Shown piece after piece: positions 28,147-41,429 of a DNA stretch of 64,000 nt. How positions within the stretch are numbered: the stretch's first letter is position 1; every line of letters begins with the position of its first letter. Source of the DNA: Octopus vulgaris (lineage: Eukaryota); contig OX597832.1 of assembly GCA_951406725.2 (NCBI GenBank), forward strand, positions 10,416,001 to 10,480,000, in the 5' to 3' direction. The notes under the pieces were generated by a model that saw only the letters and a list, made by a program, of their open reading frames with translations, did not search any database and was not told the origin of the DNA. A program made the position numbers and the translations under genes.

Positions 28147-28794
28147 ATAGATATATATATATTATATACATTTATAAATCATATATGTATAGAGAGATAT
28201 AGATAGAAAGATGCATAGCTAGATGGAGTGGGATAAAATGCAGTCTATCACTATAATCCATAAAAATAGATTGGCTCATCAGTCACGTGACATGCTTGCG
28301 GGTTTGATTTAACTGGTTATATAAATTCACAGAAAAAGTATGTAGTCATTAGGAAGTAGATATGGTAGAAGGAAAGATATAACGGTTAGTGGAGATGCTG
28401 AAGCAAGTGGACGATTTTGGTTGTAATGCAGGGCCGAAGAAATCATTATTTTGAGGTTCACTTGCTATCGATGTTGATGATGGTGATGAATGTATGTATT
28501 GTAGTTGTGGTGAAGGACAGTTTTCGGCTCTGCTAGTTAGAGATGAAATGTAAAATACAATATGAATATAGGATGTGAATTCTCTCCCGTGATAATATAA
28601 CGCGTGTACAACAAAATCGCGTCGAGAATTTACCGGAGAAAGCAAGTTTTAGTTTTTTGTAACTACGATTGAATATATACTTTAGCATTTAGTCATGTGG
28701 TAAAATAGGTGATATAACATGGTAAATATACTGTATCTAGTATCGATTTAAAGACACCATCCAGTGTTGTATATATTTCTACATATACATACAC

Positions 28795-28857
<63 letters not shown>

Positions 28858-28884
28858 TATGTATCTATGTATGCATGTGGGCAG

Positions 28885-28926
<42 letters not shown>

Positions 28927-29095
28927 CTGTGTGTATGTGCGTGTATGTATGTATATACATACAGACACGCACACGCACATACACATATACACAAAATGAC
29001 TAATTTAATTCAATAGAATATGATATAAAGAGGGGTAAATTTGTTTACGGTAAATATTCTGTATGAATCTTATTTCACCGTATGCGTTTCTACCT

Positions 29096-29163
<68 letters not shown>

Positions 29164-29309
29164 CTCTCTCTTTCTGTCTCTGTCTCTCTCTGTCTCTCTC
29201 TTCAGAATAGAATGACACTCATTGCCAATATATTTATATCAATGCTTACATAGCTACATATACATGCATATACACACACATACACATACACACACATACA
29301 CATACACAC

Positions 29310-29379
<70 letters not shown>

Positions 29380-30041
29380 AGTAAGAGAGAAAGAACAGAT
29401 GCACCATGCAATAATATGTTCATATTTCAGAGATTTATAAGTATTTTCATGTATATTTGAATATGTTTGGGACGTAAGGAGAGACAGATATGCATACGCT
29501 ACCTCAGATGTAATCTTTACTAGTTTTGTCTAACATTCTTAGTTGCAATGCGTCAGAAATATGTGAGAACGAGTCAAGCGTATATCAATTCCTACAGCTT
29601 TGCATGGCTTTCTTCCTTTTCATTGATTTCCTATTCATAATAAAATACTTGCGTTTAAAATTGATGCAAAGAGTACAAGGAAAGTTTATGAATCCGTGTT
29701 GTGCTTCACTGCTTATAAGAATATTAGAATAAAATTTAGGAAATATTTTAATATCCTCTCTTCTCCAAGTGTTACATAGTATTATCTATATGTGTCTCTA
29801 AGTATATCTGTGTGTCTCCATACTTGTGTGAAACAGATTGCGTATGCATTCATGCTTGTGGGCAAATTTTATATATCTGAGATACAACATATATTTGCTG
29901 ATATTCCCGCTCATTCATGCACACACGCCTAGACACGTATACACACACACATGCACATACACGAACAGAAACACACGCTACGCACACGCGCACATGTGTA
30001 TTTGTGACTCTATGTATGCCAATACGTACATACGAATATGC

Positions 30042-30117
<76 letters not shown>

Positions 30118-30127
30118 TTATGTATGT

Positions 30128-30184
<57 letters not shown>

Positions 30185-31454
30185 TATATTTATATATATA
30201 CCTACATATATATGTACATATATATACATATGAATTTGCGTATATATATATATATATATATATATAGGGAGAGAGAGAGAGGGATATATATTTGTATGTA
30301 TGTATGGAAATATACAGTGTTCACAATAATACATTATGCATATTCACGCATAACATTTATGAATGTAGAGTAAAATTCCTTTTGAAAAACTATGAAACAC
30401 TTAATCAGAATGTTGCTCATCCTGACTGCAATTTGTGTATAGTGTTTCACGAATAAAGAAAATAGACCACAACCCAGAAAGCGTTATTGGTTTGCTGGTT
30501 GTACATTCTAAACTCATTGAAATTGCATTGAAGTGTTTGGGGATAAAATAAATCGAAATGACTGATTGGCATTTTCATGTTATTCTTGGAATCTAAGCTA
30601 CATAATCGGAATTGTCAATAGCGATGCCAGATATACAATTCCGGTGTGTCTGGATTTTCATCCTAGAACATTCGAGCATTGTGAATACAATCGATAATCA
30701 CAAATTTGAAAAGCATTGTGTGTAAGATAGATTCATAGTTAGTAGGCTTTAGCAAGAACTTTGATTGGATTATTACGCATATTGGCCTATAAGACATCTT
30801 ATTCACTGTATAAATACATGACCACACACCAGTATAAACGTACACACATACACATATGGTTATGTTTCAGTACGTGTGCGTGTGTGAGACTCTGCGTCTA
30901 TATGTTATGTTGCTTGCTTTAGTTTGTATTTGTGCGTTTGCGGTTGTTTAAATGAAAGAGTAAATAAGTGCATTTGCGAGTGAGTAAACCATTTAAGCAT
31001 ATAGATCAAGACGCCAGTCTCATTATCGGTGGCCGTAGCTACATTGTGTCCTTCCTACAAACACTTCAGTATTAACATCCAAGTGATTCTAGCTCTCTAT
31101 CAATAGCAACATTTCCAAAATTTGTAGCTGTTTTATTGTCTTCTTATATATATAAACAATTTCGATTATAGTCAAACTGAATTTATTAATCAACATTATA
31201 TTTCTGTTGTCGATGTATTTGAAGAAATTCTCGTAGTGACTTAATTGTTTGCACGAATGTATCTTGATAAATTTTACTTGTGAATATAGCGACTTTAGGT
31301 TCACCTATTATTTCTAAATTAGTAAATATGTATTATGAAATGGGGTTACATATATCATTTCATTTATAAACAGACTAAGAGGTAGTTTTCGTCGCTTAAT
31401 GTGGCCTGATATATTTCTTATTCTACTCGCGGAGAAATAACACAATTATTACTA

Positions 31455-31645
31455 TCAAAATCCCTGGGCCCCTAGTATTGCAAGACCTTTTGTTAATCAA
31501 ATTGAAACCAGAACAAAATTGCTATTTTAATTTACTGACCTGGTGTGATTAAATGCTGAGTTGGTCACAGCCACATTTTGGCTCAGCGCATAAAGGATTA
31601 CAAATAATATAAACCTATTCCACCAGGTCTAATTTTTCTGCCAAT
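31455..31645 (-). mobile_element. Very old SINE-B-like relic
   Basis: Motif order and spacing resemble 32591-32813. Confidence 0.35.
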
Positions 31646-32094
31646 AGCACTATCTAATCGAGATATTTTAATAATTAATATGCGTAGCATAATGCAAGGA
31701 CACACAGCATTTGACATTTTGTGTGGGTATTCACATCATCGCGTAGGATACTGATAAGGTCATTATACCTAAACTATCCAGATTGTACGGAAGTGATGAC
31801 TTAGTAGTACTGCTTAAAAGGAATTCCCAGTGTAAACATATACATAGAAAGGATATGAGAAGATCATCAAAGAAAAAATTCCAGCAGACGACAAAGGACA
31901 ATTATGAGAAAAGCATAATCGTTTGGTACCTGATATGATAAAATATGTTGAAAGAAACTTGGTATACTTATAACATATATTGTACATCTGAAAAAACAAG
32001 AATTGTGTTCAAGGAGACGCAGAAACACAGACACACAGACAACACAGACAAACACACATACTCTCTCACTTTCTCTCACACACGCACACACACA

Positions 32095-32137
<43 letters not shown>

Positions 32138-32590
32138 TCTTTCACAACCTCACTCACGTTAATAGAGTATGTAAGTATCTGCACTAATGAGTCGGGCAAA
32201 CAAAGCATTTAGAACAAATTTGATTCACTAAATCAGTGTGGAGGCTTCTCAATTGTATAGAGATTTTGTGTGTCTTGGGCTTCTGTTTTCTGCCCATTAT
32301 CCATTATCGCTTGAAAAACCGCTTGTTTACTTGCCCATGATTCAAAGCTTCGGCTAAGTGACCGGTATAATAAGTAACAGATATTGCAAAATAGGTACTG
32401 AGGACGAATCGCTTGACCATAGAAACTAAAGAAGTACTTGTTAATGTATGAAATATAAAGGATGGATCATGATCAGTAAAATGAAGTGTTTTATCATAAC
32501 CTGAAAGATAAAAATGAGACAAGCGTTAGAATGATAGATAGATAAATATAGAGATAAATAATTAGAAAGAAAGAAATATAGATATATATA

Positions 32591-32813
32591 TTTGTTTATT
32601 ACCCACAAAGGGCTAAACATAGAGGAGACAAACAAGAACAGACATAGGTATTAAGTCGATTACCTCGCCCCGAGTGCGCAATTGGTACTTAATTCATCTA
32701 CCCCGAAAGGATGAAAGGCAAAGTGGACCTCGGCGGAATTTGAACTCAGAACGTAACGGCAGACGAAATACGGTCAAGTATTTCGCCCGGCCTGCTAACG
32801 CGTCTGCCAGCTC
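32591..32813 (-). mobile_element. SINE-B, nearly full-length
   Basis: Minus strand: B-box GTTCAAATTCC, core 'ctttgcctttcatcctttcgggg', tail 'ccctttgtgggtaataaac'. Confidence 0.88.
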
Positions 32814-32965
32814 AGATAGATAGATAGGTAGATAGACAGAGATAGATAAATATATAGATATATACATGCATAGAGGGACATATGGACAGACAAACAGACA
32901 GATTGTTGGTTAGATTGATTGAATAATTGATTGGCTTATTGCTTGATCGCTAGATAGATAGATAG

Positions 32966-33012
<47 letters not shown>

Positions 33013-33797
33013 TGGAGATGATGTACATATTGATGTTGTTATAGAGATCATTATTTACTTAAATACTACCAAAGGATCGGGTCTACATAAAAGAAAACAT
33101 ATGTGAGCATCATTCTCAACGACGTGCTACATATGAAGCATACAGTCTACTTTAAAGAAGAAGAATTCGTCATACGTATGTAATTATTTTCCTACAAATG
33201 TATTATTGCAAAATAGGATCGCGAATTTTCATAAGTCATTCTAAGATAAGTACCGAACATATCACATACGTTCCAAGCCTATTAATGAGACGAGGATTAT
33301 TCCACACAGTATTTATTTAGAATTCAATATATTATTTCATTTATTCATTTTTTCCTATTGTGTGAATATGATTTCTAACTACTAAACAAGTATGAAATAT
33401 AATATAGTGTCTAACGGCATGCATGCATTCGAGATTAAATATACTGAGCGTATGGCTGACACAATCAGATGTAATCTTATCGTTATCCAAACGCATGCAT
33501 TTATAAGCTGTAAAAGTCATGGAATTGAAATGATGACCTGTCATCTATTCTTCCTAAAAGCTTATGTATAGCTCGGAAGTTCATGATTTAGCAATCCATG
33601 AAACAGATTAAGTAGGTGCAAGAAAGAAGAGAAGAAATAGATTCCTTTGTACTTTCGTACGTGGAACAAGATTGACGAAGGATATAAATGCACGAACACG
33701 TATGTATACACGCGATATTAATAGATATTTTATATATTCAGCTGACTAAGTAAAAAGGTAAGTACATTCACACTCTCTTACGCACGCACACCTATAA

Positions 33798-33868
<71 letters not shown>

Positions 33869-33915
33869 TGTGTGTTTGTGTGCATATGTATGAATGTGTC
33901 CGTGTGAGTGTATAA

Positions 33916-33984
<69 letters not shown>

Positions 33985-34206
33985 TTAATATTTTCTTTTA
34001 TGCTTAGTTATAATGAAACAATTTCATATTAATCTGATGGGTTATTCACTACATTTGTAAAGTACAAATTTATTATTCATATACAAGAATGCTGTAGTCT
34101 GTGCCTTGAAAGCCACGGGAAATTGTGACACCATCGGACTGCAGTCATGTCATGCCTTAACTGGTAAAACCTTCAAATCACACGCAAACACATTTTTGAT
34201 TTCGAG

Positions 34207-34264
<58 letters not shown>

Positions 34265-34269
<5 letters not shown>

Positions 34270-34680
34270 TGTCTTGTTGGAGTTACAAGCTACAGTAGCA
34301 TCAACTCTTGAGGCTTAGCAACATGTAAGTGGCAAATATACTTCACGATGTCGTGCAGCTACTATTTATACATCGCTCAGAGTTTTATTATTGCGTGTTA
34401 CCACGTTTTCGAGATTAGTACCTTTTCGTCACTAGAAAAATTATATATATTTGCATTGGGAACCACTTCACATCACTAGCCGGTGGTTGTCAAACGCTGA
34501 TGACGGGTCAATAATCAGAAACCCGGGTCCGTGGGTATCACGTCAGGCTGGAGATTGGAAGGATGCCTTCCTTTTGAAAATACTGATAGGGCACAGAAAG
34601 GGCGTCAGTAACCAGCTGGAAGAGATGTCTTTTGGGGGCTACAAGCTAAAGCAGCATCAACCCTTAAGGGTTAGCCACAG
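34265..34680 (+). mobile_element. Retrozyme/PLE-pLTR-like unit with terminal redundancy (period 356 bp) and a hammerhead motif
   Basis: ~58-bp imperfect direct repeat at 34265 and 34621; acg-CTGATGA-N14-GAAA-c-ccgg-g-TC-cgt at 34494-34532; flanked by (TA)n. Confidence 0.65.
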
Positions 34681-34701
34681 TTATGCGGCAATTATACTTC
34701 A

Positions 34702-34746
<45 letters not shown>

Positions 34747-34756
34747 TATATTATAT

Positions 34757-34828
<72 letters not shown>

Positions 34829-34842
34829 GCATATATGTATGT

Positions 34843-34913
<71 letters not shown>

Positions 34914-35149
34914 TATACATTTAAGTTCTTGAGAATGTCGAAACCGGCCACTGAGAAAGCGACAATATATTTTGAGTTAAGAGAGTTCCCGGCGTTTATA
35001 AATATGTGATTGATTTGGTGTGGCGGCTGAACTGCCTATACACACATTAAAGCGAGTGCATGTATGTATGCATGCATTCATACATGTATGTCTCTTCTCT
35101 ATTTAATCCTTTAAATTCTTCCACTCAAGAATGTGCAGGTTTCAAACTA

Positions 35150-35397
35150 TTGTGTCTACGCCCCCAGACGATGAAGTAGGCTAGCACAATACGTAGATAT
35201 ATAGGGAGAAGTCTAGACGCCGAGAAGTTGAGTAGATGTCATCCGAATGTGCGATATGACAGTGGCGACGAGGATGAAATTTACTGTAATATCGCAAGTT
35301 CGGATGACTTCTCCTCAACTCCACGATGTCTAGACTTCTCCCTCTATATCTACGTGTTGGGCTAGCCTGCTTCATCGTATGGGGGGCGTCGACACAA
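35150..35397. mobile_element. Fold-back element (MITE-like), ~114-bp arms, 19-nt loop
   Basis: 35150-35263 is the approximate reverse complement of 35283-35397. Confidence 0.85.
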
Positions 35398-35569
35398 CAC
35401 AAACAAAGATACAAAGCTACATCTTTGTGATGTAGATAACGAAAACAATGTCATATTTTAAAACTGGGAAACGCCTTTGGAAAGATTTTCTTGTTCTGCT
35501 TATACCTTGTATTTACAATGTATGCAACGGCTGATTTATCTTTCTGAAAATCGAAGCTCATCGGGACTG

Positions 35570-35615
<46 letters not shown>

Positions 35616-35692
35616 GTATGTATGGACGGATGGAGGATGTATGTATGTGTGCGTGCATGTATATATGCATATATGTATATGTGTAATGCAGG

Positions 35693-36044
35693 GTGAAGTC
35701 GCGTGGCTCAGTGGTTAGAGCGTCGAGCTTACGATCGTGAGGTTGTGAGCTCGAATCCCGGAATGGGCTGCGTGTTGTGTTCTTGAGCAAGACACCTTTA
35801 TTTCACGTTGCTCCAGTTCACACAGCTGTAGAAATGAGTTGCGACGTCATAGATGCCAAGCTGTATCGGCCCTTGCCTTTCCCTTGGACAACATCGGTGA
35901 CGTGGAGAGGGGAGGCCGGTATGCATGGGCGACTGCTGGTCTTCCATAAAACAACCTTGCCCAGACTTGTGCCTCAGAGGGTAACTCTCTAGGTGCAAAA
36001 CCCATGGTCAGTATCTGACCGAAGGGGGTCTCACTCACTCACTC
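35693..36044 (+). mobile_element. tRNA-derived SINE (family C), full-length with TSD
   Basis: A box TGGCTCAGTGG, B-box-like GCTCGAATCC, (ACTC)n tail, TSD AATGCAGG at 35685-35692 and 36045-36052. Confidence 0.9.
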
Positions 36045-36299
36045 AATGCAGGATATTTGAGTGCTAGTTTCAGAATAACATTTTGCATTAGTATAAAAAT
36101 TACAAATCAAAGATATTTAATGTGTTTCTTGTTCTCCATATCCTGTTACACTTATTCTGTCCCATACACAATTCCCTTCATATGACTATGTTTAACCCAT
36201 TGTACCAGAAAAGCGTGGAATACCAGCATTTCGTACATGCTATAGACACGCCATGCTCACACTAGTCTAAAGCAAGAGATCGTTAATAATAATTATATT

Positions 36300-36346
36300 A
36301 GTAATAATAATAATAATAATAACAATAAAAACAACAACAACAACAA

Positions 36347-36435
<89 letters not shown>
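36300..36435. repeat. (AAT)n/(AAC)n compound microsatellite
   Basis: Direct reading. Confidence 0.95.
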
Positions 36436-36607
36436 GGTGGTATGGCTCCAAACTTACAGGGAAAAATTAAATTTAGTATTAAATCAAATTTCACAATATA
36501 AAAATATATAATATGAATTAGAGATAAAACAACTATTAGGCTACTCAAACAGTGATAGACATAAACCAATACATAAATGAAAAAATAATAAAAATATAAT
36601 TAATATA

Positions 36608-36646
<39 letters not shown>

Positions 36647-36649
<3 letters not shown>

Positions 36650-36700
36650 GGTGCCCCAGCATGGCCACAGCTCATTAGCTGAAACTGGAAAAATCAAAAT
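36647..36700 (+). mobile_element. Isolated LINE/SINE 3' tail related to the SINE-A tail
   Basis: 'ggcggtgccccagcatggccacagctcattagctgaaact' vs 'ggcggtgctccagcatggccgcagtcaaatgactgaaac'. Confidence 0.65.
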
Positions 36701-37289
36701 CATATATATATAATTTTTTTTTTTTGCCAAAAAGTATAAAAAGAATAATAAATATAATATAAGCATAAGTATATATATATAGTGTATAAAGAGTAAAGCC
36801 CGTATATTTGTATATACGTATATATATATCGTTGTCATTAAGCTAAAGTGTCGTTTGTCCGAATTTAGCCGAATGCGTTTTGGCTAAACATTTATTTTTG
36901 CTTACAATAGCCGGATCTTTTGGAGAAACTACCGTAACTCCAGCTGCTTCGGATGCCAAGATATCAAATATTATCAAAGTGTAAGTACAATACTTTTGCG
37001 ATGGAACGGTGTAAATACGTTTTTCGCTTTCTGTTTTGGACTTACAACACTTTTGCATAATTGCAACGATATGTATATTCATATATATATAAATAGAGAT
37101 ATGAACACTAATATATATATATATATATATATACATGTATACATCTTTATATATATGCATATATATATATTTGTGTGTGTGTATTGATATACATATATCT
37201 ACATATATATGTATATATTTATGTATATGTTTATACATATAGATATAGACAAATAGATGGACGGTCAGACTGATAGCCAGACAAACATG

Positions 37290-37344
<55 letters not shown>

Positions 37345-37889
37345 ATAGGTAGAAAGATAGATAGATAATGCTGCATTTCAATAGTCGTCTCTAGTATCAC
37401 GTGTGAATTCACGAAATTATTTTTCTGTGCGATATATTTATACCTAGCTAAATGACATGCCTAGAGCTGTTTATGGTGATATGAACACTAATATATATTT
37501 TCAGTAATAAATAATCACACAATCTTATGTATACATGTGCGATTATGAGCGCGTTCATGTACATCAACACGTCAAAATATGCGTCCTGCTTGTGGGTGTT
37601 TTTTTTTTCTCTGTGAATGTGCAATATTTATACAAATATGTAATAGATATTTAAACATGAATCCATGTTAAATTGCATAAAGCCTGATACATGCACGCTC
37701 ACCAAGACACTCATACAGAAGGTGATATAAGAGAGAGGGATGAGAGAGTGCTACATGTGGGAATGTCTTTTAATATAACTTCTGGATTGTAATATGCATC
37801 CATGTATATAAGAATTCTTGCAACATTGCGCAGAATTTTGTATACATGAAGATGCATGCACACAACCATATATACGTATTTAGACAAAC

Positions 37890-37941
<52 letters not shown>

Positions 37942-38619
37942 GTGTGTATAAATGTATGCGTGTGTATAAATGTGCGTGTGTGAGTGTGTGTGATCCAAGG
38001 ATCGAGGTGTAGAAAGAAAGTTAGCTTCAAGCTATCCGTAGTAAATGCAAAAAAGACACAACTCTCAGAGACTTTAGTGGTTTATTGAGGCGGAAGTTTG
38101 TGTAGATTTTTCGTATGGAAATGCAAACAGCTGAAAAAAAATTCTACTTCTATTTCACGGCGACCAAGGTAGCCGGGTTTGATAAAAAGAATACAAGAGT
38201 TAAGGAATGGAGTAGATGAGATCCGGGCTACATATGCTTCATAGCGAGCAGAACCTCAGAAGGGGTAAATATACACGCTACTCTTGAGATCCAGGATATC
38301 TTGATTAAACAAAAATTTACATTGGCGCTAAGAGGTACATGTAGAACACATGGAAAATTCAATCAGAATATGTATGTAGAGAGCATATTAGGAGAAGGGG
38401 ATATAAATGTTGAAAGTAATAAGGATTAAAGGAAGGAAGAAAGAAAAAATCGAGAAGAATAAGAGGAATGAGTAATTTAAGCAAGGTCATTTGACTGGTA
38501 GTTTTCGATGGGGTTGTTTTGGTTGAATCACAGAAATTATCAAGGGGAGTGTTTTTAAAGAAATAGATAATGTGGTGAGAAGCGGGTAGGGAAATGTGTT
38601 TGGTCAACAAGGGGGAAAT

Positions 38620-40300
38620 ATAGTTAATCCAAGCATGAAAACACAAAGAGAAGACACAACAACGCGAGGACGTGGAACAAGTATAGTGTTATTGGACGCT
38701 CAGGAAAGAAGGGAAGAAGGAGGGTTTAACGTTTCGAGCGGGGCTCTTCTTCAGAAACATCGGAAAAGGAAAGATCCAAAGAAGGGAAGACGGAGGAAAA
38801 AATCGCCAACGGTACACACGCGGTATATTTATTTATTTATTTATTTATCTGTTTATGCATGCAAGAAGAAAGCAAGAGAGAATGGGGCAGAAATGTGGCG
38901 GCTACTACTGGTTTGCAATTGAATAATGTATATTGTGCCCGGTGAGCGTGTTTACAGTATGAAGTAGTAGAGGTGCATGTCGACGTATGTACTTGTACGT
39001 TTACGAAGGCGGTTAAGAAAGGGAGGCAGGTGAAATAAGAGAAAAAATATTAAATGGTAAGGAGAAATAGAGAGAAGTATGTAAATTACTATAGGATATC
39101 AAAGGGAACTTATATTTTTGGTTTAGTATATTGTGGTCCTGTGGGTAGATAACAGGGAAAATTTGATGTAGGTTAGGGGAAGATCGAGGTAGGGATGTTG
39201 TTGATCGATGTTTGTAGGTAAACATTATAATGCTGCTTTCATTAAGATAATCTGTGGACTGAAAAATAGCTAACACCTCGGCTATGTAGAGATCACTCTT
39301 ATAGCTGATGTATGGCTTGGCGTGGGTGATTATGGACCACTTGAGAGCGCAATCTTTAGTTTATTAATCAGCTGAGATAATGATGTACTGCTGGATTTTG
39401 TTTAGGACTTAAAACTAAAGTAGTCGTTGCCTATTTTAGCTTTCAAGGTGGTGCTTCATAGGCCGATAGAAATGTACTTAAAGTTGGCGGTTGATACTAT
39501 ACACTAATAAACGATGCATTTTTGTGAAGCAGCAATTATGTAAAGGACAGGAGGCAGGTCATCTACAGCTGCATTAGTTTGTAGGATGCGTTCCAGGGTG
39601 AATTTATGAGGAGATTATTATTTAGTGAAGAACTGGTGTGAGGTTCGTTATTACTGCTGGCCTTAAGATTAATATTTGTTAAGGAGTTGGGAATGGTGTT
39701 GTGGGGTTGTACAATAAGATACTTATTGTGGTCGGTGGTATCTTCTATGTTGATCTCTATTTTTGCGAGAGGTACATTTGGGTGCCGTGGTAAATTTAAT
39801 GATCGGGTGTTAGTAGGAGAATTACAGTTGGAGTTATGAGGATTAGTGATGTTAAGGGGGACAATTGGTCTTTTGGGTTTATATAAAGCTGGGATTATGT
39901 TGAGTTAATTTATCGAAACAAACACGCTGGTTCCTGCTCGGTGAGTTATCATGTATATAGAATTTTGGACCATCTTGTAGGATTGCTGTTTGTTAGGTTG
40001 TCTGTTACACTGAAATTTGGACAGGTATTGGAAGGGGTGGGATAGGAGGATTTTACGTTCACTATATGAGGGTGCGGAACTGATTTCATTTCCGGGTTTA
40101 GTGGATCGAGGAATATCTCACATGGGGATGTATTCGATTGACTTTTTGTATGCAGCGCGTTGTAGTGTACAATTGTAATATTCAACATATTGATTAAATA
40201 AATCGGTATTAGCAGATAGTGAAGAGATCCGGTAGAAGAAACTTTCCATAATAGATTTTAGGACTGAGGTGTGCTGCAGCATTCCTTTAGTTTTCCTAAG
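38620..40300 (-). mobile_element. Penelope-like element: decayed linker and GIY-YIG, followed by pseudo-LTR with hammerhead
   Basis: Minus frames: CIVSTANFKYISIGL*STTLKAKIGN...SSTSLS...LKWSIITHAKPY...IAEVLAIFQSTDYLN; ~39950-40190 resembles the PLE linker; hammerhead at 38724-38758. Confidence 0.7.
38724..38758 (-). ncRNA. Minimal type-I hammerhead ribozyme (palindromic stem III)
   Basis: gttt-CTGAAGA-a-gagc-ccc-gctc-GAAA-cg-TT-aaac: stem I gttt/aaac, stem II gagc/gctc, ACGT palindrome, GUU triplet. Confidence 0.75.
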
Positions 40301-40345
40301 CCCTGTAAAAGAACTGGGAACGTTAGGCGTCCAATCAGGCTTTTA

Positions 40346-40790
40346 GCAGGCGATGCTGTGTTTTAAGAAGCTTGCTTCCCGAGCTCATGGTCCTGGCTTC
40401 AATCCCACTGCGTGGCACCTTCGACGAGTGCATTCTACTATTGCCGCAGTCGACCAAATCTTTATGAATCGATTTGGTAAACAGAAACTGAAAGGAACCG
40501 TTCGTATATGTGTGTGTACGTGTGCGTGTGTGTGTACCTGTGTGTGTGCGTGTATGTGTGTGTGTTCGTACATCTTTGTGTCTGTCTTCGTTCCCCTCAT
40601 CCCCATTTGACCACCGTTGTTGGTGTGTTTATGTCCCCCGTAACTTAGCAGTTCGGCAATAGAAAACGATAGGATAAGTATTAGGCTTACGAACCAAGTC
40701 CTTGGATCGAGTTCCTCGACTAAAATCACTTCAAGGCGATGCTCCAGTACGGCCCCAGTCATATGACTGAAACAAGGAAATAAATAAGAA
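40346..40790 (+). mobile_element. SINE-A copy, diverged
   Basis: 'cccactgcgtggcacctt', 'ggtgtgtttatgtcccccgtaacttagc', 'atgactgaaacaag'. Confidence 0.88.
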
Positions 40791-40845
40791 AACAAGACAT
40801 ATCAGATGATGGCCTTATATGCAGGAACTTTCCAGCTACCCCTCG

Positions 40846-40876
<31 letters not shown>

Positions 40877-41260
40877 TTATTGGTAAATGTTTTTGACTTT
40901 CACTCTCGATAAATTTGTCCGATTTTTGTGTCCCTAGGACTTGGCATCCTTATTTAGGAGCCCTTAATTATATTTCTACATGAATAATATTTTGTCTAAT
41001 GACTAATTCGTCCTTTGTGCTGGGCCACCGGTAATAATCTATATTATTACCCTTTTGATTATATTCACATATTACTTGATAGATTTATTCGTAAAATTTT
41101 TTGCCGGCATGCCCTATATCGCCGGGTAGATTTTACGTCTGCGCACAGATTTGAAAAGTTAAGATCTGCAAGTTGTTTAGATCAACACATGGTCTAACGC
41201 GCTGCGCATCTCGATGTAACTTAGGCGTCTCGCTCATTAACCAACCGTCTTTAGCCAAAC

Positions 41261-41369
<109 letters not shown>

Positions 41370-41389
41370 AATATATAAATATTTACATA

Positions 41390-41429
<40 letters not shown>

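Noticed and set aside
35693-35770. tRNA gene
   Set aside because: A/B boxes present but it continues into a SINE body with a tandem-repeat tail and TSD; same for 62010-62082.
41191-41242. Hammerhead-like motif on the minus strand
   Set aside because: Both core segments are too degenerate (TTAATGA, no GAAA).
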